A stretch of DNA of 64,000 nucleotides. Source: Octopus sinensis (taxonomy: Eukaryota). Position numbers and translations under genes: made by a program. The notes under the pieces are model-generated. The model did no database searches and was not told the DNA's origin. It saw only the letters and a program-made list of their open reading frames with translations. The stretch covers positions 87,978,001-88,042,000 of the forward strand of contig NC_042997.1 of the NCBI RefSeq assembly GCF_006345805.1, written 5' to 3'. Below are positions 1 through 11,830 of this stretch, one piece after another (within the stretch, counting starts at the first letter, position 1; each line of letters opens with the position of its first letter).

Positions 1-2340
1 GTCTGTAGATTAATGACTCTAGAAAAGTGTAGGCATGAAGAGAATTTTAGAGAGCTTCAGTTTTGGGGAATTAGGTGTAGTAAAAGCATTTAGTTCATGA
101 TTTGGAGTGTGAGGCACAGTAGTGATGATGAATAAAGGAAAGGCAGGCATTTTAGTTAACATGCAGTTTGCAAGTTCAAGTAAGATGAATCTATTGTAAT
201 AATAGCAGAGAAAGGTGCGGTCATATTGAGTGCTGCCTAGTCAATTATATCAAACCTTGTACTTATTTCAGTCTGAGTTCTATTTTATCAATATTTTGCT
301 GTATGGCTAAATTTTTACCTCTTTGATGTAAATAAACATAACAAACTTAGATTTGTGACTATAGCATATTGGTAAGTGGTTGGTTGTCAATAACAAAAGA
401 GCAAACTAGGTTGTTTGTGTTATAACAGCTGTACTGAGCAAAGTATGTAAACATTTGTTTACTCTCTCTTTTTACTCTTTTTACTTGTTTCAGTCATTTG
501 ACTGCGGCCATGCTGGAGCACCACCTTTTAGTACTTATTCTATCGGTCTCTTTTTGCCGAACCGCTAAGTGACAGGGACGTAAACACACCAGCATCGGTT
601 GTCAAGCAATGCTAGGGGGACAAACACAGACACACAAACACACACACACATATACATATATATACATATATACGACAGGCTTCTTTCAGTTTCCGTCTAC
701 CAAATCCACTCACAAGGCATTGGTCGGCCCGGGGCTATAGCAGAAGACACTTGCCCAAGATGCCACGCAGTGGGACTGAACCCGCAACCGTGTGGTTGGT
801 TAGCAAGCTACTTACCACACAGCCACTCCTACGCCTATGTTTCTGTAGAAGTCAGCAACAAATCAGAGCTGAAGTATTTTCAGGCACTGAAGAAGAAACT
901 TAATAACTGTGATTGATACATATTTATCAATATTGTAGATATTAGGTTGCCTTTGAAAATCTTCAAAGTTATGAAATTTATTGCAAAGGTTTTAACTGTA
1001 TTATTCATTCAGAATGAAAGCTAGTGCAAGACATGTAGCATTTGCTTTAATTGCTATTGAAAAACATTACACTGTTGTGTCCCTTTTAGAATATGTTGTG
1101 GTGGTCTTAAGCAGTGAAAGCCTAGTGTGACATCTTATGTTTGCATTTCTTTGTGTGTTGAAGTTTAAAAAGTACATCTGTATAAGAGTTTTTATTTTTT
1201 TATTTTTGAAGGAAAAGTAGCAAATGGATTTACAGAACAATGAGTCTAAGGAACACCAAAGTTCATAGAATATAGGTTGAAGTTATCCTTTGACACACAT
1301 TGTAATGGATCAGTCTGGTACAGAAATTCCTATCAAGAGATGAGAGACAGAAAGATCCATCAGAGAGCTCCTTACTTAGGAGGTTCTTTAGCCAGATATG
1401 TTCAAAGGCTTTGCTTATGTCAAGAGTAACAACATTACTTTGGATAAGGTTCTAAAGGATAAGATACTACTGGTGTGTGATGTAAGGAAACAAGTTTGTA
1501 GATGTGGCTCAGTGGAAACTGCTTATTGTGACTGAAGAGAAAGAGAACTGGAAATCATGACAAGTTGTTGTTTAGACTGTTTCTAACACCTTTTTGATGT
1601 GCTGTAAGTGAAAACATTAGATCAATAGTTTGCAAGATTTGAGACAGGGGCTGTTTTGGGAAAATAACATGATCATATGTTTCTAAAGCTTAGGATTCTT
1701 TCATTTTCACTAGTCTGAATGAGGCTGGCCCATTAAAATAGAAAGAATGAAAAATTTGGCAAGGATAAGCTAGCTTTAGAGTACACTTTAGGGTAATGAG
1801 AAGAGCATTATCAGAATCATTAATCATGTTTGAGTATTTTTTTTTATTTGTGGTGGAACAAGTGGAGTGAAGAATGAGAATTTAAGGAAGGTTTTGTTCT
1901 CTCAGTGCTGCATAGAATTGCAGGCAGACTAGGCTACAAACATAGTGGCTTAATGTTACATATGGTGTTGTCTTTAGTTCAAGAATTGATTGTAATTTGA
2001 GAAATACAAAAGTTTCCAGATATATGAAGGTATTCTTTGCTTTTCTGAAGGTTATCTTTTAGTTGTTGGTTATGTTCCAAGTTTATTCAACTGCAGCGTA
2101 GTCATGAGGGAATCACTTGGAACTTTTGGAGATTTTAGGCCTGGGGTTTGTGAAGGGACATATCTTGGAAGAGACACATCAGAGTTGGTCGTGTTTCAAC
2201 TTTACTTGGAAAGTTTTCGTAATGTAAAAGGATGATATGAAGTGGATTGTATCTCTAGACAGAACACTTAAATGCATCATATCAGGGCTAGTAGTACCAG
2301 TTAGACTATTCTTCACTGATAAAGTCTAATAAATCTAAAA
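1..2340 (-). mobile_element. Heavily decayed CR1-clade LINE (ORF2 remnants), interrupted by a SINE and unrelated sequence
   Basis: Manual minus-strand translation gives SNVVTLDISKAFEHIWLKNLLSK (~1370-1440; RT motif LDISKAFDRVW) and MNFGVP* (~1250-1270; GVPQGS). Near 170-230 it gives LCYYYNRFILLELANCM, resembling the CR1 C-terminal LFYRYYxGxCSxEL motif. Many stops and frameshifts; boundaries approximate. Confidence 0.6.
462..838 (-). mobile_element. tRNA-derived SINE (family A: tRNA head, CORE-like block, internal microsatellite, 3' tail)
   Basis: The minus strand reads TAGGCGTAGGAGTGGCTGTGTGG (A box) ... GGTTCAGTCCC (B box) ... TTGGGCAAGTGTCTTC, then a (CA/TA)n middle and a GACTGAAACAAGTAAAAG tail. 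The same blocks recur at more than 10 other places in the window. Confidence 0.85.
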
Positions 2341-3717
2341 TGTATCGGGAGTTGTCACCATCCTATCAGAGATTAGACTTCCTCTTTATCACATTCAATT
2401 TTTAATTGAAATTTCAGAATTGCCTCCTACTTTTCTTGGCCAGAATCAGCTGTTTAATTAGCAGGTTTTTTCCTCTTCACTATCGGTATAATTTTAATAA
2501 AAAATCTCTTTGCTCAATATATTATGTTGGCACTTACTTTACTTAACTTGAAAATAAATTCCAGATCTGGGAAAATTACTCAAAACATATCAGCATCATA
2601 TATTTAGCATCATGGAAACTCCACCATCATGGTTAACCTAAATATTTTGTGAAAATGTTGACTTAACTAACCCACATCTTCTCTTATAATTCTCATGGTA
2701 TTTTTGCTGTAGACTTTATGCTAAATAACAACCGCTGTATTTCTTCTGTAAAATTTTAATAGTTTATTTGTCAATTTTATTCCTTTCATTAATTTTTTTT
2801 ATTTGATTTTGGTTGTTTCTAAGCAGTTATTCTTAAATTGATTGCTCAATTAGATTCAAAACAATTGTGCCAGTGCATTGATTTTTTTCATTATTGATTT
2901 TTTTTTTTGTTGGTTTGAAAATGAAAAAATTCCTCCACCTTCAAGTCTTTTTATTTGCCAGACATTTCTTTAATGTTTATATTCCTTAAATAATTTAACC
3001 ATCACTGTTTATCACTGGAATAACATAGCTGACTTCTTTACTATAAATATTAGAAATTCTTAGCTGTATAAGTTAATCTTTTCACTTCAATCTACCACAC
3101 TGTCATATGAGATAGCTACCACTTTTCCTGCCATACTGCACAATAGTAACCAGATCATTCTCTCAGCTTTGCTGCCATCTTGTAGCAAAGCTGAGAGTTT
3201 ACTTTGTTTCCACAAAACACTGACAACATCTTGCACATTAAGCATTAATCAGAGAGATGCAAGAGAAAACTTGCATGAACTGAAAATCAGTTAGAATTTT
3301 CAGTCTATTCACAACAAAATTAAAACAACTGTAATAGAAATTTTAACTGTACCGATTGCAGTGATGGAGAGTAATCATGACTGAGGTAAATCAAAAATGA
3401 CATCTGAAGAAATGGTAAAGTCTATTTTCAGCATATTTTGCTTTTCATACGAGAGTTAGGAGCCAAAAAAGTAGCAATGCATCATCCTATAAATTTGAAT
3501 GACTCCTGCCAGAATAAAAACAGACAGTAAAATGGTGAGAATCGTTATAACGGTGAGAGAACACCATATATATGTGTGTGTATATATGTAAATATATATA
3601 TATATAGAGAGAGAGAGGTGTGTGTGTGTGTGTGTGTATACTCACACACAGGCACAACTGGTATACTAAACAGAAAAAGAAAGAAGCCAAAGTGAATGAA
3701 TAAGAAGTTATCATATA

Positions 3718-4190
3718 TACGAGGTTTGATCAAAAAGTTAGGGATTGTTGCTTAAGTATGCTAAGTGAGCCGCTTGGCGCAAATTAACCTTGAATTCTGT
3801 CGTGCATGCACATTAAGTTATAATGTTCTCACACTCACCTCCATTGTTTATAGCAGTGCTTGGAAGTAAAGTGTGTAGGGTACTGTCATCTCACCACATT
3901 GCAGCAGTTCCATCAGTGACCATGGCAGAAAAGACGTGTGTGTGTGTATTTGTTTGAGTGTATGCATGGAAAAAGACATGGCTTGAAGGTTATTACAGTC
4001 AAGAATCTTTCCAAAAATCAAATCCCACTTGAAAAGAACATGATTTCAAAATATCAAGGAAATCAAAGATGCTGTAACTACTCGCTATCTCAGGAAAAGA
4101 ACATCAGGAATGCTTCCATCAATGGAAATGATACTGGATAAAGTGTGTGACTTCAGAAGGGGACTACTTCAAAGGAGATTAAAGCCAGGG
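3718..4190 (+). mobile_element. Internally deleted mariner relic (5' TIR plus transposase C-terminus); different family from 19189-20454
   Basis: Begins TA-CGAGGTTTGATCAAAAAGT, a mariner-type TIR. 4008-4182 translates, with a stop and a frameshift, as FPKIKSHLKRT*FQNIKEIKDAVT...QECFHQWK*YWIKCVTSEGDYFKGD*, the canonical mariner C-terminus. Confidence 0.75.
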
Positions 4191-4417
4191 TTAATGAATG
4201 TGATATATATATATATACACACACACACATATACATACATACATATAAATAGGAAAGATATATTGTCACTAACTGCAACTAAGGGTGTCAAGAGATCTAC
4301 ATTGCTAGAAATAAGAACTGAAATGTTCTAATGCTGTAGTAAAAGCACATAATTGTATACAAATTGTATACAAATATGCTCACAGTGACTGTAATCACCC
4401 CCAAAACCCTTGACTTT

Positions 4418-4736
4418 AGAATTCCCTATACTGAACGTTCAGTTTCAATTATTTCCAGGTTTAATCCACACTCAACATATATGTATTTACCATAAAAATT
4501 TATGGATGATTTAACAAATTGCTCATGTCTATACAAAAATTAATATAAACAGCCATGCACAATGTGTTCATATTAATTTTTGTATAGTCATTAGCAATTT
4601 GCGAAATCATCCATAAATTTTTATAGTAAATACATATATGCTGGTGGTGGATTAAGCCTGGAAATAGCCAAACAAGCAGTCCTTACTGAGAGGCTATGGA
4701 AATAGCTGAAACTGAATGTTCAGTATGGGGAATTCT
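4418..4736. repeat. Long near-perfect inverted repeat (fold-back/MITE-like hairpin)
   Basis: The left arm AGAATTCCCTATACTGAACGTTCAGTTTC...CAAAAATTAATATAAACA is the reverse complement of the right arm TGTTCATATTAATTTTTGTATAG...GAAACTGAATGTTCAGTATGGGGAATTCT. The loop is about 11-13 nt. Confidence 0.85.
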
Positions 4737-4984
4737 TTCTTTTTCTGTATTTTATACCTGTTATGTGTGTATAAAGTCTGTTAAAGTGATATATACTACA
4801 GCTCACTACATTTCTAGTATGATTTAAAAAAGTGATAGAATTCATCTTAAATTCAGTTTTATGTAGAATACAAATGATTAATGAATTTGAGTTTCTGACA
4901 TCTTAAAAGCAATATTATTTTTATAGTTGCTAGCCTGGAGATTGTTAATCCATAGTTGTTGAGGAGGCTCTCATAGACTGAGTT

Positions 4985-5400
4985 ATCATCATTTTAATGT
5001 TCACTTTTCCATGTTTGCCTGGGTCAGACAGAAGTTGTTAAGGCAAGATATTCTATGGCGGAATGCCTATCCTGCCACCAACCTTCACCTATTTCCAAGT
5101 GAAGTAATATTTCCCCATGACCAAACATGGAAGATTAGAAATGAAGGGCACCACTTGCATGGTGATGTAACTTGTTAACAGTTGTGATATGATATGAAAG
5201 CAAAAATGCAACAACACACATGCCCACATGCATATTTATATGGTGGGCTTTCAGTTTCTGTTTACCAAATCCACTAACAAGGCTTTGGTCAATGTGAGGC
5301 TTTAGTAAAAGATACTAGCCCAAGGTACCACATAGTGTGATTGACTCCAGAACCATGTGGTTTAGAAACAAGCTTCTTACCACACAGCCATACCTGCACC
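4985..5400 (-). mobile_element. Composite SINE: family A head and microsatellite with an RTE-like 3' tail
   Basis: 5225-5400 matches the family A head. 4985-5200 matches 52940-53110 and ends in the RTE-type tail (CATCATTTTAATGTTCACTTTTCCATG on +). Confidence 0.6.
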
Positions 5401-5680
5401 TTTGTTGCTAGTGTATAGACTCAAGGTTTGCTAGTTTATAACATGTGTTTCCAATTAAAACATGCAATTCTCTTTGGTTTGTTATTATTTTTATTTTTCA
5501 CTTTATTGGAAATAGTTACTACTGGAAACTAAAGTTCATGACTGTGTTTGGTTATCTTACTATTTTAGTTTTAAACCCATCATCTGGGACTATGTGAGTC
5601 AGTACATGCTATTTGTAGTATTAGAAGTTATGTTTAATTTGCAGCTTTAGTTTGCTGTATGTTTCATGTGCTTTCCATAG

Positions 5681-5811
5681 CCTGGTCAAAGAAGACAAAG
5701 CAGCACCTACAACCTTACGCAGATCTCCAAGACTGGGAGGAAAACTGGAGAAAATTTCTTTCAGGCCAGAGCCTTGACCAGGATGCTTGCATCGGTGTAA
5801 CTTTACTAGAA
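5681..5811 (+). CDS. Candidate internal exon (phase 1 to 0), WSKKTKQHLQPYADLQDWEENWRKFLSGQSLDQDACIGVTLLE
   Basis: Good acceptor (tgtgctttccatag) and an open frame. The donor GAA|gtatcc is mediocre but phase-compatible with 7320. Alternative frames and the minus strand are also open, so the call is uncertain. Confidence 0.3.
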
Positions 5812-6673
5812 GTATCCCAGGGCCTGGTGGAGATACTTTACCACACAACAGATTAAGTCTACCACCTAGTAATAAGTATAGTCTATATGATAGGCTTCTG
5901 CACAGTTTCACTTACAAAAGAGGTTGATATGAGGCTTTGGTTGAAGACACTTGCTCCAGGATTCAACATGTTTGAATCACACGATTGTAAATCAAACTTC
6001 TTAATCACACACCTATGTTTGACATGAACAATATATTTCTCTTTCATCTTTCCCTACAAAGCTCAGGCTCCACAATCATAAGGAAATAAGGAATTTGAGT
6101 ATGTTTTCCCAAGAAATCTACAATAAATTACAACTGAAGCGTGGAAAACCTCTGTGCAGTTGCTTGGCCTATGCGATGTAATCTTCTTCCAATTATACCT
6201 TATTATATTCAAACAGAGAAGTATATATTAGATAATAGTAGTCCTAGATATTCCTAAAAAGATGGAATGGTTAGAATTGATCATAGGTCTGCTGGATCAA
6301 GCTTCACCTGGGGTTGAACAACACTAGCAACCAGTTTAGTATATGTAAGCATATGTAATGTCTATGGTATTTATATGCTTAAACAATATTTAGCTATACT
6401 TTAAATTAAAATTATAATCTGGAATGTTTTTGGTAAGCCACAGGATCACTTTTCTACAAGTAATTTCAAAAACTTCCTAACTTCTTCATTATGAAGAGCT
6501 GTGGTTATCACATGACTTGCCAAAAGTAGCAGGATGTGTAACTGAAATAAATATATTATTTGGCTTAACAAGACATTAACTAGACATTTCAATATGTTGT
6601 AAATATATAATATTCTTTCATGTAATAAACTATTTTCAGAGAGAGAGAGAGCTCTGGGAGTCAAGAGTACTGA

Positions 6674-6866
6674 TTAGCTAAATTTTTTGATGCCATCCTG
6701 TACAAGTGTGTATCCTGTACTAAACATTTTGACCAAACCTTTATTCTCAGAAATGCAACTTTCTGAAATTCCCTTCTCATCCATATTTTTATTACAGTCA
6801 TCAATAGCAGAAATCAATGCATTAACCTCTTCAGTCTCAAGAAGTTGCAAAATAATAAGATTGCCT
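6674..6866 (-). CDS. Candidate minus-strand (terminal?) exon, GNLIILQLLETEEVNALISAIDDCNKNMDEKGISESCISENKGLVKMFSTGYTLVQDGIKKFS*
   Basis: Strong acceptor (tttttttttctgtttttaacattatag|AGGC). The frame is open for 63 codons from the acceptor, with an in-frame stop just upstream. E/D/N/K-rich composition; the + strand ORF 6687-6872 looks like its S/I/L-rich shadow. No partner exon found. Confidence 0.35.
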
Positions 6867-7319
6867 CTATAATGTTAAAAACAGAAAAAAAAAAAGATTC
6901 AACCAGCTTGTTATATCAATGTTAAAAGGATTAATGAGCAATATAACACATTTTGAAAAATGTATAAGCTAATGAACAAATACAATAATACATCTGACTT
7001 TATAAGATATATAAATTTACACAGCTGTTCATTAATATCTGATTGTCTCCCTAAATTCAATAACATTGAATAAGATATATTTAAATGATATATGAACTAA
7101 TATTTGTTTCAATAATCTAATATAAGAGTATCACTAACAGATTTTCATTCAATTAGAAGTTAAATACAACAAGTTACTAGATTTTATAGAAGCCTGACTA
7201 AATATTTCACATCAGTAAGTTTATCAATCATTTGAAGCTGATGCATTAGATTTGAATAGAAGGCAATCTTGTGTTCAGTGGTGGTTAAAATATTGTATTC
7301 TGAGGTGACATGTTTTCAG

Positions 7320-7448
7320 TTTACAATGGATAATATAAACTGTCAAGTGGCAAAGGCTGTTGTTTGTTTGGCAGCAAATCATACAGATGTTTCACTGATG
7401 GATATGCAATTATATTTCAATGATGAAGAACGTAATGCATTCAAGAGT
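7320..7448 (+). CDS. Internal exon of unidentified host gene (phase 0 to 0), FTMDNINCQVAKAVVCLAANHTDVSLMDMQLYFNDEERNAFKS
   Basis: Acceptor tgttttcag, donor AGT|gtatgt, 129 nt (43 codons) open, protein-like composition, phase-compatible with 8521. Confidence 0.62.
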
Positions 7449-8520
7449 GTATGTGGAAGCCTGCAAATGTTGTCATCATCATTATCATTAACTACAATAC
7501 TGCAACCATCACTACCATCATTATTATCATTATCTTCTTTACCTGTATTAGCAAAGTTGTCATCATAGTAGTGATCCTTGTTACTGTAGTCATCATAAAT
7601 TTATTCATTCATAGTTGTTTTTCTTCAATTCACTTTTAACAAGTCTACATTTATATGATTCTTATCTTTTATTTTTTTAGTGAGATTAATAGGATAAATT
7701 CTAGATCGAAATAAGGCATGAGGTACTGGGATTCATATTTCATTTGAATTGTTGCTGGTTAATAGTTTTAAAAAATTTGATTAGGAACTGGGATGCTTAT
7801 AAAAATACAGCTTAGATAAACTGATCAGTACAGAAGCAGAAAGAGAAAATAATATAATTCCCAGAACTTCATTTTAATCAGATCTTTGAAAGTAAGAACA
7901 GAAAATGTGTCTTAATCTTGGGACAACATAACTAATATAAAGATAGGTTAATTAAAATTAATATGTTGATTGAACAATGCCTAATCGACTTGCCAGATAT
8001 TTTATAATAAAGTTCATCTCAACTTAGTCTGATCTTCATTATTTCTTTTTATACATGAAGCTTTAAAAAATTCCATTATTTATTTTTCATTAGTTAATTA
8101 ATCTGGTTTGTCTCTAATTGGTCTTCCTTCTTCTATTCATTCACATTACTGATCATATATCTTCAGTCCCATTGGTGAAGCTAATCGTACAAGAATACTC
8201 AAAGAATCTGAGTTAGAAATAAATTGTTATTATTTAGGCACCCAAGTCAGTGTTGACCACACAGGCCTACAATCGAAACATTTGAGCCTGACTACTCCAT
8301 CATATTTTCAGGTACTGTGTCCAGGACTACATTATCCATTGTCCTCTTCTTGAAATGATAAGATGTGGTTTGAGAGGAATTTGGCTGCTACTTCTGTTGA
8401 GTTAAGCAAATGCATAAAGTGTCCTTCATTAGTTCATGAAGAGCAGATCACACCTACAAAGCCTGATTCCTAACAATACATACTGTGTACTTAGTACAAA
8501 AAAGTTATCTCCTGTTTCAG

Positions 8521-8564
8521 CCATTAATTGGTCATGACCTTTGCTGGTTGTATCATATAGATGT
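8521..8564 (+). CDS. Internal exon (phase 0 to 2), PLIGHDLCWLYHID(V)
   Basis: Acceptor ttatctcctgtttcag and perfect donor GT|gtaagt. Only one of three frames is open, and it is the phase required by the 7448 donor. Confidence 0.68.
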
Positions 8565-9239
8565 GTAAGTATATAGTGGATTAAGAACAACTAGTTCACT
8601 ATAACTATACAGTAGTAATAGTATACTTAAGTTGAACAGTTACTAGTGCTACTTCAATTATCTATAGTCTCTTGGCTTCGAATATGTGAGCTTGTGTCTG
8701 CATGTACAAATGTGCATATGACTATATTTATATTTACTGTGCATATATAATTGTACATTCAAGGTTATGAGTATTCTGTATGTGTCAAAATGTGATAGAG
8801 AAGAAGAGTAAACTATATATAGAGAGAAATGGCTTAACAGTATGTATAAGAGCAAAAGTATGTATGTTTGTGCATATACATATATGATGTTGTCATTTAA
8901 ATTCTGTATGGAATATTTCCATATAATCTCCAAAGAGGATTAGCTCACAAAAGAATGTGGAAGATTTTCTTTATCCTTTCACATTAATCCAATATATATT
9001 ATAATTCAAACACTGAAATATTTAGTTTCATAATACTTAATAGGTAAATTTCCTAGAATAAAATTCATTTTCCTGATATTGGACTTTTCTGGCATTTGAT
9101 AGTTTGATTGCATGTTTAGATCTTCATGGCTTTCATGCCTCGACTGTCTCTTTTGAATTTCTTTGAACCTTGAACCTCAATTTTCCCTATAGAATATCTT
9201 TTTATGTTCTCATATAATATACACACATACAAATTAACA

Positions 9240-9300
9240 ATATATATATATATATATATACACATACAATTTAATAATAATGTATATGTATGTACATGTA

Positions 9301-9336
<36 letters not shown>

Positions 9337-9905
9337 TGTATGTATGTATGTATGTATGTATGTATGTATATATGTATGTAAGTCTATAAGTATGAATGTA
9401 TATATGTATGTATGTATATAAGTATGAATGTATATAAGTATGAATGTATATATGTATGTATATATGTATGTATATATATATATATATATGTATGTATATA
9501 TGTATGCATGTATATATGTATGTATATATGTATGTATGTATATATGTATGTATATATATGTATATGTATGTATATATATATGTATGTGTGTATGAGTATA
9601 TGTATATACATGTATATGTATGTACATATTGTGATATTGTGTATGTATGTGTGCCTATGTATATATATATGTGGATATATATATATATGTTTGTATATTT
9701 ATGTGTGTGTGTTTGTGCATATATATATGTATGTATATGTGTGTGTGTGTATATACATATATATCTATATATATTGTTATATATTTGTTACACAAAGCAT
9801 GCCAACTTCGCAGATCAACTCCTGAGACATGCATTAAAAGGAATATATAAACTTGACTTATATAAATACATGTGTGTATGTGAGAGAGAGAGAGAGAGAG
9901 AGTGA
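9240..9905. repeat. Compound microsatellite (TA)n/(TATG)n/(TG)n/(GA)n
   Basis: Read directly. It includes three copies of TATAAGTATGAATGTATA at about 9386-9450 and explains the YIHT/MYVC ORFs. Confidence 0.97.
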
Positions 9906-10309
9906 ATGAGTTGGGAGACTGAATGGACTGAAATGGCCATTCATTTTTGGATGAGTTATCATTTCACAGATGTCATTCTTTACTATCATAAAGTGCAATA
10001 AATGTTTTATCACTGTATATCATTGCACAAATGACTAAATTTGTATATGATTTCTGTTACTAGTGAAGTTATCTTGAGTCAAGCAGATTCATTTGTCTTG
10101 TGATATCTATAACTGGGCTATAGCAGCTACTGAACAGAAATCAACTGTAGCATAATGCAATGGGTTTAGATTGCGAACTTGTTTGAGAAGTTTGATACTG
10201 AATGAGCTTAATTTGTGATCAGCTGGTGCAAGTACAATGGCTACATTGATGTAAACATATTTTGTGTATGTATGAAGCATACTGGTGAACAAAGTTTATG
10301 AGTTCATTA

Positions 10310-10640
10310 TCATCATCATCTAATATCCACTTTTCCATGCTTCCATGGGTCAGGCAGAAATTTTGGGTTGAGGCAGATTTTCTGTGGCCAACCTTCACTT
10401 TACAACCACTACATGATGTCAAGACAAGAGAACATGTACATCCCCATGTACATGCATGTGCAGATATACACACATACACATAACAGGCTTCTTTCAGTTT
10501 CCATCTACAAATCTACTCAAGAGGCTTTGGTTGCCCTGGAGTCAAAGTAGAAGACACTTATCATAGGTGTTGTGCAATGGTGCTGACCCCAAGATCATAG
10601 GATTGGGGAGCAAACTTCTGAACCACATGGCCACACTTGT
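10310..10640 (-). mobile_element. Composite SINE (family A head with shortened RTE-like tail)
   Basis: CAGGCTTCTTTCAGTTTCCATCTAC...AGAAGACACTT head block at 10485-10640, and a CATCATCATCTAATATCCACTTTTCCATGC tail at 10310-10345. Confidence 0.65.
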
Positions 10641-11289
10641 TACCTCTTGTAGTAGAAGTAGAAGCTGTGGGATTTATAAATTTGGGCAAGGGTAATGTCC
10701 CTCCATTTGTTCCTTCCAATAAAAATTTATTTGTCAACTTTTAAGACTGAGCTCAAGTATGCATTATTGGGCATGATTTCATTTGTGACAAAAGCAGGCA
10801 GCCATGTGATTTTGTGTTTACAGTTGAAAATTATTTTGTTTCTGCCATTTAGCAAGCCATTAACACAAAATCATGTGGTTATCTGCTTTTGTATCTTACA
10901 GAGTATATAACAGAATCATGCCTGTGGAATTGTAATTGTGAGTTAATACCTCAAATAAATAAATCAGACTAAATGAGAGAAAAAATACGTTAGGAGCTTT
11001 CTCCACACAAACTTGGAAGTTTGATGGGTTGAAATATTTGATACTCCTCACATACAATTCATTTATTTGTTTAATGAGCTTCTTTTTATGTTTAGGTCTG
11101 GATAGTAAGTTATCTGAGACAGGTATTCACAACCAGATGCTCTTGTTACCGACCAGTATCTATATTTTTAAGTTGAGGACTTTTATATCACAGATCATCA
11201 AAAGCACAGAGATACCTTAGCAATGACAACAAAGAATACCAACATCAACACTACCTTGCTCAAGTAGTGACAGCATAGAATATACTTAT

Positions 11290-11659
11290 ATACACATATT
11301 TGTGCACATGCAATAAGCTTCTTGCAGTTTTTGTCTACCAAATTTCCCCACAAGACATTTGTCAGCCTAGAGCTGCAGAAAATATTTACCCAAAGTAGAG
11401 ACTAAACATGAAACCGTATGGTTGTGAAGCAAAAATGTCTTTTATTATTCTTTTATTTTTTACAGATTTTAGTCATTTAACTGCTGCCTTGCTGAGGTGC
11501 TACTGTCTTCAAAAGTTTAGTTGATCATATAAGCCCTAGTATTTATTTCAGTATTTTATCAACCACCTTTTTCTGAACTGCTAATGTATGACGCAAAAAG
11601 GGATACCACATAAATACAACACCAATTTTACTGGTGTAAACATAGATACAATTACATGA

Positions 11660-11694
<35 letters not shown>

Positions 11695-11830
11695 AAGGAC
11701 TTCCACACAATATCTCTGTACCAAATTCTGCTCGCAAAACATTGGTCAACCCAAGGCCAACCCAAAGAAGACATTTGTCTAAGGTTCTGGGTTGAGGATT
11801 GAAATTAGAACCATGTGGTTCTAAAGTAAA
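11290..11830 (-). mobile_element. Two adjacent degenerate family A SINE fragments
   Basis: GCTTCTTGCAGTTTTTGTCTACCAAAT (11317) and TACCTTTTTCTGAACTGCTAA...AGAAGACATTTGTCTAAGG (11460-11830) match family A blocks. Confidence 0.6.

Noticed and set aside
351-371. Possible 21-nt exon ending TTG|gtaagt
   Set aside because: A-rich weak acceptor, and it lies within the decayed CR1 remnant.
599-916. 105-aa ORF and similar ones (26725-26967, 52954-53262, 60301-60593)
   Set aside because: They lie inside multi-copy SINEs.
9204-9905. Long ORFs (up to 153 aa) rich in Y/I/H/T/M/V/C; likewise 55927-56266 and 33210-33455
   Set aside because: They are translations of (TA)/(TATG)/(TG) microsatellites that lack stop codons.
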